Assembly: GCA_963708135.1 (NCBI GenBank)
Contig: OY970192.1
Coordinates: 3,342,152 to 3,406,151 of the forward strand
Origin: an uncultured Gemmatimonadales bacterium
GTDB taxonomy: Bacteria; Gemmatimonadota; Gemmatimonadetes; Longimicrobiales; RSA9
Direction: 5' to 3'
DNA: 64,000 nucleotides
A program made the translations under genes and the position numbers. Within the stretch, counting starts at the first letter, position 1. Every line of letters begins with the position of its first letter. Shown piece by piece: positions 28,530 to 37,842 of the stretch. The notes beneath the pieces were generated by a model. It worked only from the letters and a program-made list of their open reading frames with translations. It was not told the DNA's origin and made no database searches.

Positions 28530-30941
28530 CTACTCGCCCACCAGCCGCGCCAGCGCGCGGCGCACGCCTTCGACCTCTGGTACGAGGGAGGGCTCCGGGT
28601 CGGTGCGCAGCGCCAGATAGCGACGGTACGCCTCGATCGCGCCGCGGCGGTCCCCGGTGAGCGCCGCCAGCCGGCCTTCCTCCCGCAGCAGGTCGGCCTG
28701 GTAGCCGACGACCTGGTGGTGGTACTCGCGCCGGCGCACCGCCGCCAGTGCGCGCTTCGGCTCTCCGAGCTTCTCCCAGAGGCGGGCGGCGAGCAGGTTG
28801 AGCTGGCGCGTGGGGCCGGCCATCTGCCCCGCGGCCACATCGCGGTCCAGCCTTTCCAGCGCCGCCCGGGCATCGGGCGCGCCACGTGCCACCGCCGCCG
28901 TGGCGTCCACCGCCTCCGCCAGCATCTCCGTCACCGGCGAGGCTCCTGAGCCCGCGCGGGCCGCACGCAGCCGAGCGGCGGTTTCCGCGGCGGTCGAGGT
29001 GTTCCCGCGCCGGATGCGCCAGAGCTCGGCGGCCGTGCGCAGCGCGACCCATCGCCGCATGAGGTCGAGTGACGCGGGCGGGCTCCCCGCCACCTGCGGC
29101 CAGACCGCTGCCAGCGCACTGTCGGCCGCCGCCGCGCTCCCATCGGAGAAGACCGCGTCGGAGAGCACCTGGAAGTCCTGGAAGCCCTGCGCGGGCGCGG
29201 GCGCGTCCGCCATGATCGCGGCTGCCCGCGCCGGCTGCCCCATGGCCCGCTCCAGCCGGGCCGCCGCCGAGCGAACCGCGAGCTGCTCGCTGGGCGTTCC
29301 GGTCCGTGCCAGCCCGGCCTCGACCGCGGCCCGCGCGTCCTCCAGGCCCGCAGCCTCCAGCTCCGCCGTGCCGATGATCCGGAGCAGGCTCTGGATCGAC
29401 GTCCTGGGGAACTCCGCCCGCAGCCGCGCGAGCGCCGCGGTGTCGTGCGCCGCGAGCGCGACGCGCCAGCGGACGAACGCGACGACGTCGCCTTCGGGGT
29501 TGATGGCGGCGAAGCGGTCCGCCAGCCGGCGCGCCCGTCCGATGTCGCCCTCGCGGATCGAGACCTCCACCAGGTGCATCAGCGGCACCGCGTAGCTGGA
29601 GTCCAGCTCCACGGCGCGCGAGAGGGCCGCATCCGCCCGCCGGATCGCATCCGCCTGCCCGAGGTAGCCTCCGTCGTGGAACTCCAGGTCGCCCAGGACG
29701 TTCCACGCCTCCGGCCGGTCGGGCGCCGCCTGCACCGCGCGCTGCGCGGCCTCGATCGCGTCCGCATACGACGGCGGCCGCGGCCCCTCGCCGTGCGGCC
29801 CGGGTGGGCCGGCAATCGCGTCCAGGAGCGCCCGGTCGCGGCCGCTCAGCCGGTCGCGCAGCGACCACGCCGGCTGCACCAGCGCCCCGGTCTCCTGGTC
29901 GATCACCCAGTTCCCCGCCACCAGGCGGCCCAGCGCCGCCAGCGCGAACGTCGAGTCCAGCTCGAGTGCCCGGTTGTAGTCCGCCAGCGCCTTCTGGTAG
30001 GCGCCACGCCTGTAGGCGACGCTGCCGTCCAGGTACGCGCGCAGCGCCGGCAGCGGGGTGGCCGAGAGCGCCGCCAGATGCCGCGCGTCCTCCCCCGCGC
30101 CGCCCGCCAGGAGCTGCCCCGCCAGCCGGTCCACCAGCGCCGGAAGCGAGTCGGGCGCTCCCTCCACGCTCGCCCGCGCCCGGGTCCCGCCGCCGCGGGC
30201 GTCCAGGAGTGAGGCGGAGAGCGTGAGGTGCGACGCCGACCCCACGACGGTGCCCTCCAGCAGCCCGCCCGCACCCAGCTGGCGGGCGAGGCCGAGCGCA
30301 GCGTCCTGGTCGAGGTCGTCCGCGCCGGAGCCGCCCGCGGACCGCCACGCCGCGAGCAGCGTCCGCGGCTCGACCGCCCGCGGCCCGCCCTCGCCCGTGA
30401 GCTTGGCGGCCAGGAGATCGAGCATGCCTTCCCGCAGATACGAGAGGGAGGGATCCGCGGCCGCGACCCGGAACGGCACCACGGCGACCAGCCCGCGGTC
30501 GAGCTCCGCGCCTTCGTGGTGCAGCCGCGCCGCCGTGAGCCACGCGCCCGAAAGGGCGACCGCGACGCCGAGCGCGAACCATGGGGCGCGGCGGGAGCGC
30601 CGGCCGGCGGCGAACGCGCGCGCAGGAGCCGCGGGGGCGACGTCGCCTGCAGGCACTTCGTGCGACGTCTCCGCCCCCGCCTCGCCGGCGTCCGCCGGCC
30701 CCTCGTCCCACCGCACCCCCTCCGGCGTGACCTGGAGCGCCCAGGCCAGTGTCACGGCGATAGGGAACCCGGCGAGGGCGAGGACCCAGAGGAGCGTCAT
30801 CGTCCACGCGGGCAGGCGCAGCGGAGCGACGGCCAGATCCACGGCCTGGAGGACGCCGAATGCCACGACGGCATAGGCGGCAGCCACGCGGAACACCTTC
30901 CGGCGGCGGAGCTCGGAGATGAAGGACGGCTTGTGGGTCAT
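28530..30941 (-). CDS. Membrane-anchored TPR-repeat protein, 803 aa
   Basis: It has the same N-terminal motif as the convergent neighbour (ELRRRKVFRVAAAYAVVAFGVLQ) and a long Ala/Leu-rich TPR-like region. It starts 22 bp after the DyP-P450 stop. Confidence 0.7.
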   Translation of the reverse strand: MTHKPSFISELRRRKVFRVAAAYAVVAFGVLQAVDLAVAPLRLPAWTMTLLWVLALAGFPIAVTLAWALQVTPEGVRWDEGPADAGEAGAETSHEVPAGDVAPAAPARAFAAGRRSRRAPWFALGVAVALSGAWLTAARLHHEGAELDRGLVAVVPFRVAAADPSLSYLREGMLDLLAAKLTGEGGPRAVEPRTLLAAWRSAGGSGADDLDQDAALGLARQLGAGGLLEGTVVGSASHLTLSASLLDARGGGTRARASVEGAPDSLPALVDRLAGQLLAGGAGEDARHLAALSATPLPALRAYLDGSVAYRRGAYQKALADYNRALELDSTFALAALGRLVAGNWVIDQETGALVQPAWSLRDRLSGRDRALLDAIAGPPGPHGEGPRPPSYADAIEAAQRAVQAAPDRPEAWNVLGDLEFHDGGYLGQADAIRRADAALSRAVELDSSYAVPLMHLVEVSIREGDIGRARRLADRFAAINPEGDVVAFVRWRVALAAHDTAALARLRAEFPRTSIQSLLRIIGTAELEAAGLEDARAAVEAGLARTGTPSEQLAVRSAAARLERAMGQPARAAAIMADAPAPAQGFQDFQVLSDAVFSDGSAAAADSALAAVWPQVAGSPPASLDLMRRWVALRTAAELWRIRRGNTSTAAETAARLRAARAGSGASPVTEMLAEAVDATAAVARGAPDARAALERLDRDVAAGQMAGPTRQLNLLAARLWEKLGEPKRALAAVRRREYHHQVVGYQADLLREEGRLAALTGDRRGAIEAYRRYLALRTDPEPSLVPEVEGVRRALARLVGE

Positions 30942-30963
30942 TGCGAACCGGATTGGCGTTGGG

Positions 30964-33763
30964 TCAGCCCTTCGGCGCGGGATCGAACTCCACGACGAGG
31001 TGGGAGGGGAACGGTCCGTCCATCTGCAGCGTGCCGTCCGTTCCGGCGGCCCTCCGCAGGTTGGGCCGGCCGAGGACGGCCTGCGCGATGCGCGGGATCT
31101 GCACCATGTTGATATACTGCCCGAAACAGGTGTGCATGCCGTAGCCGAAGTGCATGTATTCGTGGGCCGGGCGGTCCACCCGGAACTCCTCCGGCGACGG
31201 GATGCGGTCGCCGTCGAAGGTGGCCGACTGCAGCACGGCCAGCACCCTGGTCCCCGCCTTCAGGGTCGTGGCGCGATGCGTGCCCCGGGCGATGGTGTAG
31301 TCCGCCAGGACCATGCGCGGGACGCCGGGGCCGAGCGGGTTGAACCGCATCGCCTCCGAAACGTAGCTCGCGACGGTGCCGCTGTCGCCCCTGGCCGCGG
31401 CGGCGTGCGCCAGCGCGAGCTCGCGGGGCCGGCGCAGCAGCTCGTCGATGGCGCGCGCCGCCATGGCCGCGGTGGTCGGAATCGCACCGACGACCAGCCC
31501 GAAGAGGTTCACCGCGAGCGTCTCGTCGTCCATCCCCGGCACGCCGGCATCCTGGAGCACGAGGCAGCGCTCGAGGACATCGTCGCGCGGGCCGCGCGCC
31601 GACTTCCGCGCGGCGATCGAGGCGCGCAGGGCGGTGAGCATCCGGCCGGCCGCCTGCTGCGCCCCGGCGCGCAGGTTGGCGGCGGAGAGGAAGAGGTAGC
31701 CGGAGATCAGCCCGGCCTCCGTGGCGAAGGCGCCGGGCGTGGGGCTGGGCGTGCCGAAGTAGTCCGCCACGAACTCGCCGGCGACGCGCAGCGCCAGCTC
31801 CTGCACCACGTCGATGCGCCCGGGGGCCGCCGCCACGATCGCGTCCGCCGTCGTGGCGACGAACGGAGCGATGCGAGCCGGGATGTCGTCCCGCCGCACC
31901 ACGATGCGCATGTTGGAGACGTCGCGCTGGTACTCCGGCGTGTTGCTCATCCCCAGGAAGAAGTTCCGCCCACCGGTGAGCTCGGCGAAGTTGTCGGCGT
32001 ACGGCACCTGGAAGACCGCGTCGCGGGAGAGGACCTCCTGCACGTCCTCGAACCGGGTGACCAGGGTGAGGTCCTTGATCGTCAGGATCGGCTTCAGCCG
32101 GCGCAGCACCGCGAAGATCCGCTCGGGGTGCGCCACCGCCCACGCTTTCAGGCCGTCCTCGATGTGGTGCAGCTCCGTGCCGAGGGCGCCGAGCTCCTCA
32201 TCGACGAGGTGGGCGATCTCGTGCGGGAGCGCGGCCGCGTGCCGGCCGATCTTCGCCTCGATCGCCTCGATGCGCGAGATGATCGCCTCATGCACGGGGG
32301 CACCTCCGGGTGATGGCATTGGCAGGGTGTCGTCGCCGACGCCCGTCTCGTCGAAGCGGATCAGCCGCGCCTCGAGCACGTCCCGGGCGCGCACCATCCA
32401 GCGGAGCGCCGTGATGCTCGGCATGAAGAAGTAGGCGCCGCCGCGCATCTCGACGAGCTGGGGCAGGCCGAAGCAGACGTGTGGCCGGTGGCCCCCGGGC
32501 GCGCTGGCGTCGCCCGGGATCACCATCTTGTCCGAGGCCGCCCGGCTGCCCATGAGGGGGTCGGTGTCGTTTCCCTGGCTGAACTCGTTTCCGTAGTTGA
32601 GCCACTGCTGCAGCACGAACTCGAACTGCTCCTGCAGCGAGGCGCACAGCGCGACGAAGATCACCCCGTGCTCGCCGGTGTCATCGCCCGGCTCGTCGGC
32701 CGGGATCCACCGGCCGTACGGCAGCCCGCGGCGGATGATGCGGCGGCCGGCGGTCAGCGAGGTGCCGAAGCCGAGGGCATCGCGGGGGTTGGCGCGGCGG
32801 ATGTGGGAGCCGAGCGGGCAGCGCAGTCCGTCGGGGTCGGCGGCGTAGCGGAAGTCGATCACGCGGTCGGCGTCCGCCACGATCGATGGATCGGGGTGAT
32901 CGGGTGACAGGGCGAGGGGCGTCCCGTCGCGCCAGCGCCCGACCATCTTCGCCGCGAGTCGCTCCGGGCCGCCCGGAACGCGCGCTCCCTCCTCGGCGAG
33001 GAACCGCCGGAAGCTGCCCACGTTCTGGTGCAGCTTGGTGTACGCGACGAAGGTCCCGTTCCTGAACAGGTTGATCGGCGGCGGGGTGTGCGCGATCTCG
33101 CCCGCTTCGTTGCGGTGGCCGAGAAGGAACTCGCCCGCCGCGACCGGCTCCCAACCGCGGTCCGTCGGCTTGCCGCCGCCGGGCCTGGGCGGCAGTCCGG
33201 TCGAGGCGATGTGCGGATTCCCGAAGCCGTCCGAGTAGCCGAAGTGCTCCTTGTTGCTCGGCTTCCCGCCGATGACCAGGGCGCCCGCATCCTGGCTCCC
33301 GACCAGTGTGGCGCCACCCGACGTCCGGCGCAGGTCCTCGAGCCAGGCGACGCGGGCCGCGAGCGCATCCGGATCCCTCGCGCCGATCATGACGAAGCAG
33401 TGCACGGCTTCGTCGCGCCAGAGCGGTTCCCACCTGCTCGGGTCGCTCGGCCCGACCTCGCCCAGCGTGCGCGCGCGCGCGCGAAATCCCTGCCGGAAGT
33501 CGGCGGGGAACGCATTCGAGGGCGTCCGGCGGCAGGCCGAGCGCCTGCAGCCCGGGGTAGCTGAAGGCGACGTTCACCGTGGAGGCCGGCTTCCCGCCGT
33601 CCCATTCCACCGACGTCGTGACCTCGTGGGTGATCGCCTCGACGAGGCTGCGCGCCTTCGCGGCGTCATCGAACCGCAGGAAGACGTAGCGCGCCACCCT
33701 CGAGCGGTAGCCGCGGATGATGTTCCCCTGGATGTCGGCCAGGTCGAGCCGAAGTTCGCTCAT
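30964..33763 (-). pseudogene. DyP-type peroxidase fused to cytochrome P450 (about 932 aa if repaired); the reading frame is broken by one extra nucleotide at 33511-33514
   Basis: DyP motifs: DIQGNIIRGY, GYSDG (GXXDG), PLGSHIRRANPRD, RRGLPYG. P450 motifs: GAIPTT, EAMRF (ExxR), FGYGMHTCFG. The DyP C-terminal half and the P450 sit in one continuous ORF (30964..33405). The DyP N-terminus (33763..33515) is in another frame. Total length is 2800 nt = 3n+1. Confidence 0.8.
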
Positions 33764-34353
33764 ATCGTCCCCGGCGCTGGCGGTGCGGCGCCCTGCAGGT
33801 CTTCTGCGAAGGCGCTGAAGGCGCGCTGCAGATCCGCCGCCGGCGCGCCCTGATGGTGCCGCAGGAAGTCGATCAGCCGCCGCTGGGTGTCGAGCGCCCG
33901 CAGCACGCCCGACAGCGGCGTCGTCGCATACGCGCCGAAGGCGAAGGTCGAGGTGATCCGGCAGCGGCCCATGTAGCGCCGGAACGCCTCGAGATCGCGC
34001 GTTCCCGGAAAGCCGACGCAATGCTCCCAGAGCGCGTCGACCAGGTCGCCCGCCTTCATCGCCAGGGCCACGAGAAAGGCGGGGAGGTCCCCGTCGAAGT
34101 CGGCGGTGAAGACCAGGTACTTCGACCGGAGGTGATCCTCCCTGGCCGGGATGCCCTGGTTCCGCACGTCGTCCAGCACGACGAAGCGGCACACGTGCAG
34201 CGTCGGGATGGCGGCCAGCGGACTCCCGGCGCCCTGCGGGAGCTGTGAGAGGACGGTGCGGATCGCCGTCGCGTGCACGGACCCGCGGGTGTGGCCCCCG
34301 ATGATCGGGGAGAGGATCGTGAGGGCGTAGGCCTGGCCGAAGCGATCGGGCAT
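33760..34353 (-). CDS. Hypothetical protein, paralog 2 of an unknown family, 197 aa
   Basis: Intact ORF. Its ATGA overlap with the DyP start indicates coupling. It shares motif order with the upstream gene (A.A(I/L)T..(S/T)P ... H..R(W/F)V(I/V) ... YL(L/V)F...F(N/D)G ... (Y/F)PG.R ... D.Q.RL..F ... RAF.AF). Confidence 0.7.
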   Translation of the reverse strand: MPDRFGQAYALTILSPIIGGHTRGSVHATAIRTVLSQLPQGAGSPLAAIPTLHVCRFVVLDDVRNQGIPAREDHLRSKYLVFTADFDGDLPAFLVALAMKAGDLVDALWEHCVGFPGTRDLEAFRRYMGRCRITSTFAFGAYATTPLSGVLRALDTQRRLIDFLRHHQGAPAADLQRAFSAFAEDLQGAAPPAPGTI

Positions 34354-34359
34354 GGGGCC

Positions 34360-35020
34360 TCAGGCCGGCGGCGGGGCGGACGGCGTGAGCGTCGGCTCGG
34401 TGCTCGCATCGAGGGCCACCGCCACCGCATTCGGGGCCCGTCGTGGACAGCGACCCCTGGACCGAGGTGACGAAGGCGTAGAACGCGCGCTCGAACTCCT
34501 CGGGAGACAGGCCCCGGCTGGCCGGGATGAAGGCGTCCAGCCGCGCCTGCAGGTCGATCGCGTGACGGATGTCGCTGGTGGTCGCGCCCGGCGTCGCGTT
34601 GTAGTAGTAGTCGTTGTCGTACTGGTTCTGCGCGATGTAGGCCAGAAACGGCGTGATCGGCCGGGAGCCCGGATAGCTCGTGGACCAGCGCCAGATGTTG
34701 TTCATGCCACCGGGGATCACCTCCGAGAAGGCGTCGATGTACTGCTCCCAGCTGCCGTTGAAGTTGCTGCAGAAGAGGAGGTAGTCGTAGTGGAGCGATT
34801 CCTCCGGCTGCGACGGGTCGAGCCGCGGGAAGCGGCCGCGCGGAATGATCACCCAGCGGGCGAAATGGATGAACGAGAGGTTGGCCAGGTTCTGCTGGTC
34901 CTTCTTCGGCACGCCGAGGCGCCCGATCACGAAAAACACCAGGCGCAGGAAGACCGTCTTCCACGGCGCCATGGGCGTGGTGTTGGTGATGGCGAAGGCT
35001 TTCCCGGCGACATTGGCCAT
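34360..35020 (-). pseudogene. Hypothetical protein, paralog 1 of the same unknown family (about 219 aa if repaired); apparent 1-nt frameshift near 34433-34439
   Basis: ATG at 35020 with GGAG 8 nt upstream. The frame aligns with paralog 2 up to ...RAFYAFVTSVQGSLSTTG and then has no stop for 1.7 kb. The adjacent frame ends PNAVAVALDASTEPTLTPSAPPPA-TGA, 7 nt before the next ATG. Span is 661 nt = 3n+1. Confidence 0.65.
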
Positions 35021-35352
35021 CCGCTGCTCCAACCGTCGGGTGGGAAGCACACTCGGGCGACCGCTGACACGCTGCGGCATGGCCCGGCGAGGACTGCCAA
35101 GATGCGCCCGGCGGGGCTGTTCGCGGAAGGGTCTTGTGGCTCGGCTCGTCGCCGTCTCACGTGGGCTCCGCCGGCCGGCGACCGGCGGGCGACCGGCGAC
35201 GGTTCGCCCCCGTGTGCGTGCGCGTGTGCGTGTGCGGTGGTTCGTGCCGTGTCTTCACGCCCGGCACGCTTGCGCGACCGGCTTGCGCTCGCGCGCGGCC
35301 GCACGCGGGTCGCGCAGGCGCAAAAGGGGGTGCCGAAAAGGGTCGGGGGCGC

Positions 35353-35590
35353 GGGGACGGGGACGGGGACGGGGACGGGGACGGGGACGGGCACGGGCAC
35401 GGGCACGGGCACGGGCACGGGCACGGGGCACGGGGCACGGGCACGGGGGACGGGCGCGGGCACACGCTACGCCCGGCACGCTTACGGGCACACGCGTTCG
35501 CACACGGGCACACGCACGGGCACTGTCACACCCACACGCATACGCACACGGGTTCGCACCTGCACACGCACACGCACACGCACACGGGTC
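35353..35590 (+). repeat. G3N3 hexamer microsatellite: (GGGGAC)7 (GGGCAC)6, decaying into (GCACAC/CACACG)-type repeats
   Basis: Read directly from the sequence. It lies in the divergent intergenic region between 35020 and 35621. Confidence 0.95.
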
Positions 35591-35620
35591 CTATCCCCCG
35601 CAGCGAAGAAGAGGTGCTCC

Positions 35621-35947
35621 ATGATATGCCGAATCTGGCGTGGCTGGACCACACCGGCCGATTCAGACACGTACGAACGGTTGCTCCGTAGCGAGATCAT
35701 CGTGGGGATCGCCGAGCGAAACATTCCCGGGTTCCGCCGGATCGATGTGCTGCGTCGCGATCTGTCGGATGGCAGCGAGTTCACGACGCTGATGTGGTTC
35801 GACGATCTCGATGCGGTGCGACTCTTCGCGGGCGAGGATTACGAGGCGGCCGTCGTGCCACCCGCGGCGCGTCAGGTGCTGGCCAGGTTCGATGAGCGCA
35901 GCGCGCATTGCCGCGTTCTGGAGCAGCTCGAGCCGGGCGGAGGATGA
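35621..35947 (+). CDS. Small ABM/Dabb-like (antibiotic-biosynthesis-monooxygenase fold) protein, 108 aa
   Basis: The ATG at 35621 begins MICRIWRGWTTPADSDTYERLL...TTLMWFDDLDAVRLFAGEDYE. Only this tail of track ORF 34352..35947 looks coding. The fold call is weak. Confidence 0.55.
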   Translation: MICRIWRGWTTPADSDTYERLLRSEIIVGIAERNIPGFRRIDVLRRDLSDGSEFTTLMWFDDLDAVRLFAGEDYEAAVVPPAARQVLARFDERSAHCRVLEQLEPGGG

Positions 35948-35975
35948 CGGCGAGTCCGCGGGCCGCGTGGAATCC

Positions 35976-36890
35976 TCAGCCCCACCCGCCCGTCCCGAGC
36001 GCCCGCACGAGATCGACCAGCGCCGCGTCCGGTTCCTCCTGAAGGCGCCGCCACGTCACGCGCATCACGCGCAGCCCGGCGGCCATCAGCTCGGCGTCCC
36101 GCCGCCGATCCCGCTCGAACGCCAGCTGCGATGAGTGGAACGCGAAGCCGTCGACTTCGACCACGAGCCGCTGCTTCCTCCACAGGAGATCGACCTGGTG
36201 CCCCGCAACCCGGACGTTCACCTCCGGCTCCGGCAGCTTCCCCCGGCGGACCAGGTCGAGCAGCCGCTCCTCCGCCTCCGACCGCGTCCGCGCCGGCTCG
36301 CCCCGGTCCAGCAGCGCGCGCAGCTCCGGCGATCCCGGCCCGCGCGGGTGGCGCGCCAGCAGCCTCCGGAGCTCCTGCGGCGTGGTGAGCCGGAGCGCGA
36401 GCGCCTCGGCCAGCGCCCGCTCGAGTCCTCGCCCATCCAGCACGCCGGCAAGGTCGTAGAGGGTGCGGGCGGGAGTGGTGATCGGGATGCCGTCGAGGGT
36501 GGTGACCTCGTCGACGCGGAGGGTGGTCACACGGCGGACCAGCAGGCCCGGCTTTCTCGGGTCGCCTGCGCGTGCCATTACCTCGATCGGCCCGGCGGCA
36601 GCCGTGCCCGGGATGCGCCACAGCCGCGCCGCGGTCCCGTGGCTCAGGACCGCCGAGGGTCCGCACGCCAGCGCGGCCGCCATCTCCGCCGCGAGCGGCG
36701 GCGCCGTCGGTCCCGCCAGGTAGACACCTCGATGCAACGCTCTCAGCCGCCCCGCCTGAACGCGTCGATCGATCGCATCGGCACTCACGCCTCCGGCCAG
36801 CAACTGGCTGCGGGCGACGACCCCGTGCTGCCGCCCGGCCAGCACGGCGACGATCTCCTCCGCGTTCCGTGGCCCTGGCGGCGCGTGCAT
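35976..36890 (-). CDS. DUF559 (Vsr-like endonuclease fold) protein with an AbiEi-like N-terminal domain, 304 aa
   Basis: N-terminal HGVVARSQLLAGGVS...I.RRV..G.L..LHRGVY. C-terminal EP.VN..V.G..VDLLW....LVVEVDG..FH....F.RD..RD..L...G..V.R. Confidence 0.8.
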   Translation of the reverse strand: MHAPPGPRNAEEIVAVLAGRQHGVVARSQLLAGGVSADAIDRRVQAGRLRALHRGVYLAGPTAPPLAAEMAAALACGPSAVLSHGTAARLWRIPGTAAAGPIEVMARAGDPRKPGLLVRRVTTLRVDEVTTLDGIPITTPARTLYDLAGVLDGRGLERALAEALALRLTTPQELRRLLARHPRGPGSPELRALLDRGEPARTRSEAEERLLDLVRRGKLPEPEVNVRVAGHQVDLLWRKQRLVVEVDGFAFHSSQLAFERDRRRDAELMAAGLRVMRVTWRRLQEEPDAALVDLVRALGTGGWG

Positions 36891-36939
36891 GGCGATCGAG
36901 CCTCCCGGTGTTCGGATTGTCGATCCGGCGCGCTCCGCG

Positions 36940-37115
36940 GGTGGCCCCGGCGGGCGCCGCGGTGCCCGGGAGCGCCCGGGTCCTGGCGGGCGCCCTGGTC
37001 CTCGGCGGGCGCGCTGGTGCCCGGCGGGCGCGGCGGTCCTCGGCGGGCGCCCTGGTCCTCGGCGGGCGCGCTGGTGCCCGGCGGGCGCGCCGGTCCTCGG
37101 CGGGCGCCCGCGTCG
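36940..37115. repeat. Tandem array, 57-bp period built from 19-bp sub-repeats (reverse complement GCGCCCGCCGAGGACCNNN), about 9 sub-units
   Basis: CTGGTCCTCGG recurs at 36995 and 37052. The sub-repeat structure was read directly. Confidence 0.85.
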
Positions 37116-37128
37116 CCGGCCGACGCCC

Positions 37129-37325
37129 CGGTTGCGTGCGGCGGGCGCGGTGAACTCCCCACGCGTACCCCGGCTCGGAGACGGTTGGGGAGTTGACCGC
37201 GCTATTCGTTGTCAACTCCCCACGGACCTCAGGTCCATGGGAACCATTGGGGACTTTGCCGCGCTATTCGTTGTCAACTCCCCAAACGTCGATTTCACGA
37301 CCGATCCGTGGGGACTTTCCTGCCC
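37129..37325 (-). repeat. Dispersed element family 1, copy 2 (inverted relative to 1481-1675)
   Basis: GTGAACTCCCCA, GGGGAGTTGACCGCGCTATTCGTTGTCAACTCCCC, GGGGACTTTGCCGCGCTATTCGTTGTCAACTCCCC and GGGGACTTTCCTGCCC occur in the mirror order of copy 1. Confidence 0.85.
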
Positions 37326-37339
37326 CCGTCCCGCCCGCG

Positions 37340-37620
37340 GTGCCGGCCATGGGATCGGCGCCCGGGTGCCCGCCCCGCGCCGCGCCCCCCACCTCCCCCG
37401 CACGGTCGCCTCGCCACCGCGGCACCGCCATGGCGGGATCGGCCGCCAGACACCCGCCCCGCGCCGCGCCCCCCACCTCCCCCGCACGGTCGCCTCGCCA
37501 CCGCGGCACCGCCATGGCGGGATCGGCCGCCAGACGCCCGCCCCGCGCCGCGCCCCCCACCTCCCCCGCGCACGGTCGCCTCGCCGCCGGGGCGCCGCCA
37601 TGCCTGGATCGGCCGACGTG
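37340..37620. repeat. 84-bp tandem repeat, about 3.5 copies, each containing the 12-bp palindrome CCGCCATGGCGG
   Basis: CCGCCCCGCGCCGCGCC recurs at 37370, 37454 and 37538. Confidence 0.9.
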
Positions 37621-37842
37621 TGCTGACCGAGCGCCGCGTCCGGCGAGAGAAAGCCGGGGCACCTCGTGGAGGCAGGGTCACCGTGGACGCGCGCCCGGGC
37701 GTCTCCAGGCGTCCCGGAGGGTGGGGGTTGACGCCGGCGGTGGCGTCCTGAGGCGACCTCGCCCACATTCTGGCGTCCGTGGGCAGGACCTTGGCCCGCA
37801 ACGATCGTCGTCGGCCTCAACGATCCATGAAAGGCGCACCCG

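Noticed and set aside
34352-35620. First ~420 aa of the 531-aa ORF 34352..35947, including a GTGTGTGT... stretch
   Set aside because: It is antisense to the paralog-1 gene and then reads through the hexamer microsatellite. Only the last 108 codons (from the ATG at 35621) look like a real gene.
36940-37115. 57-bp-period array as a second CRISPR candidate
   Set aside because: It resolves into 19-bp sub-repeats with no unique spacers.
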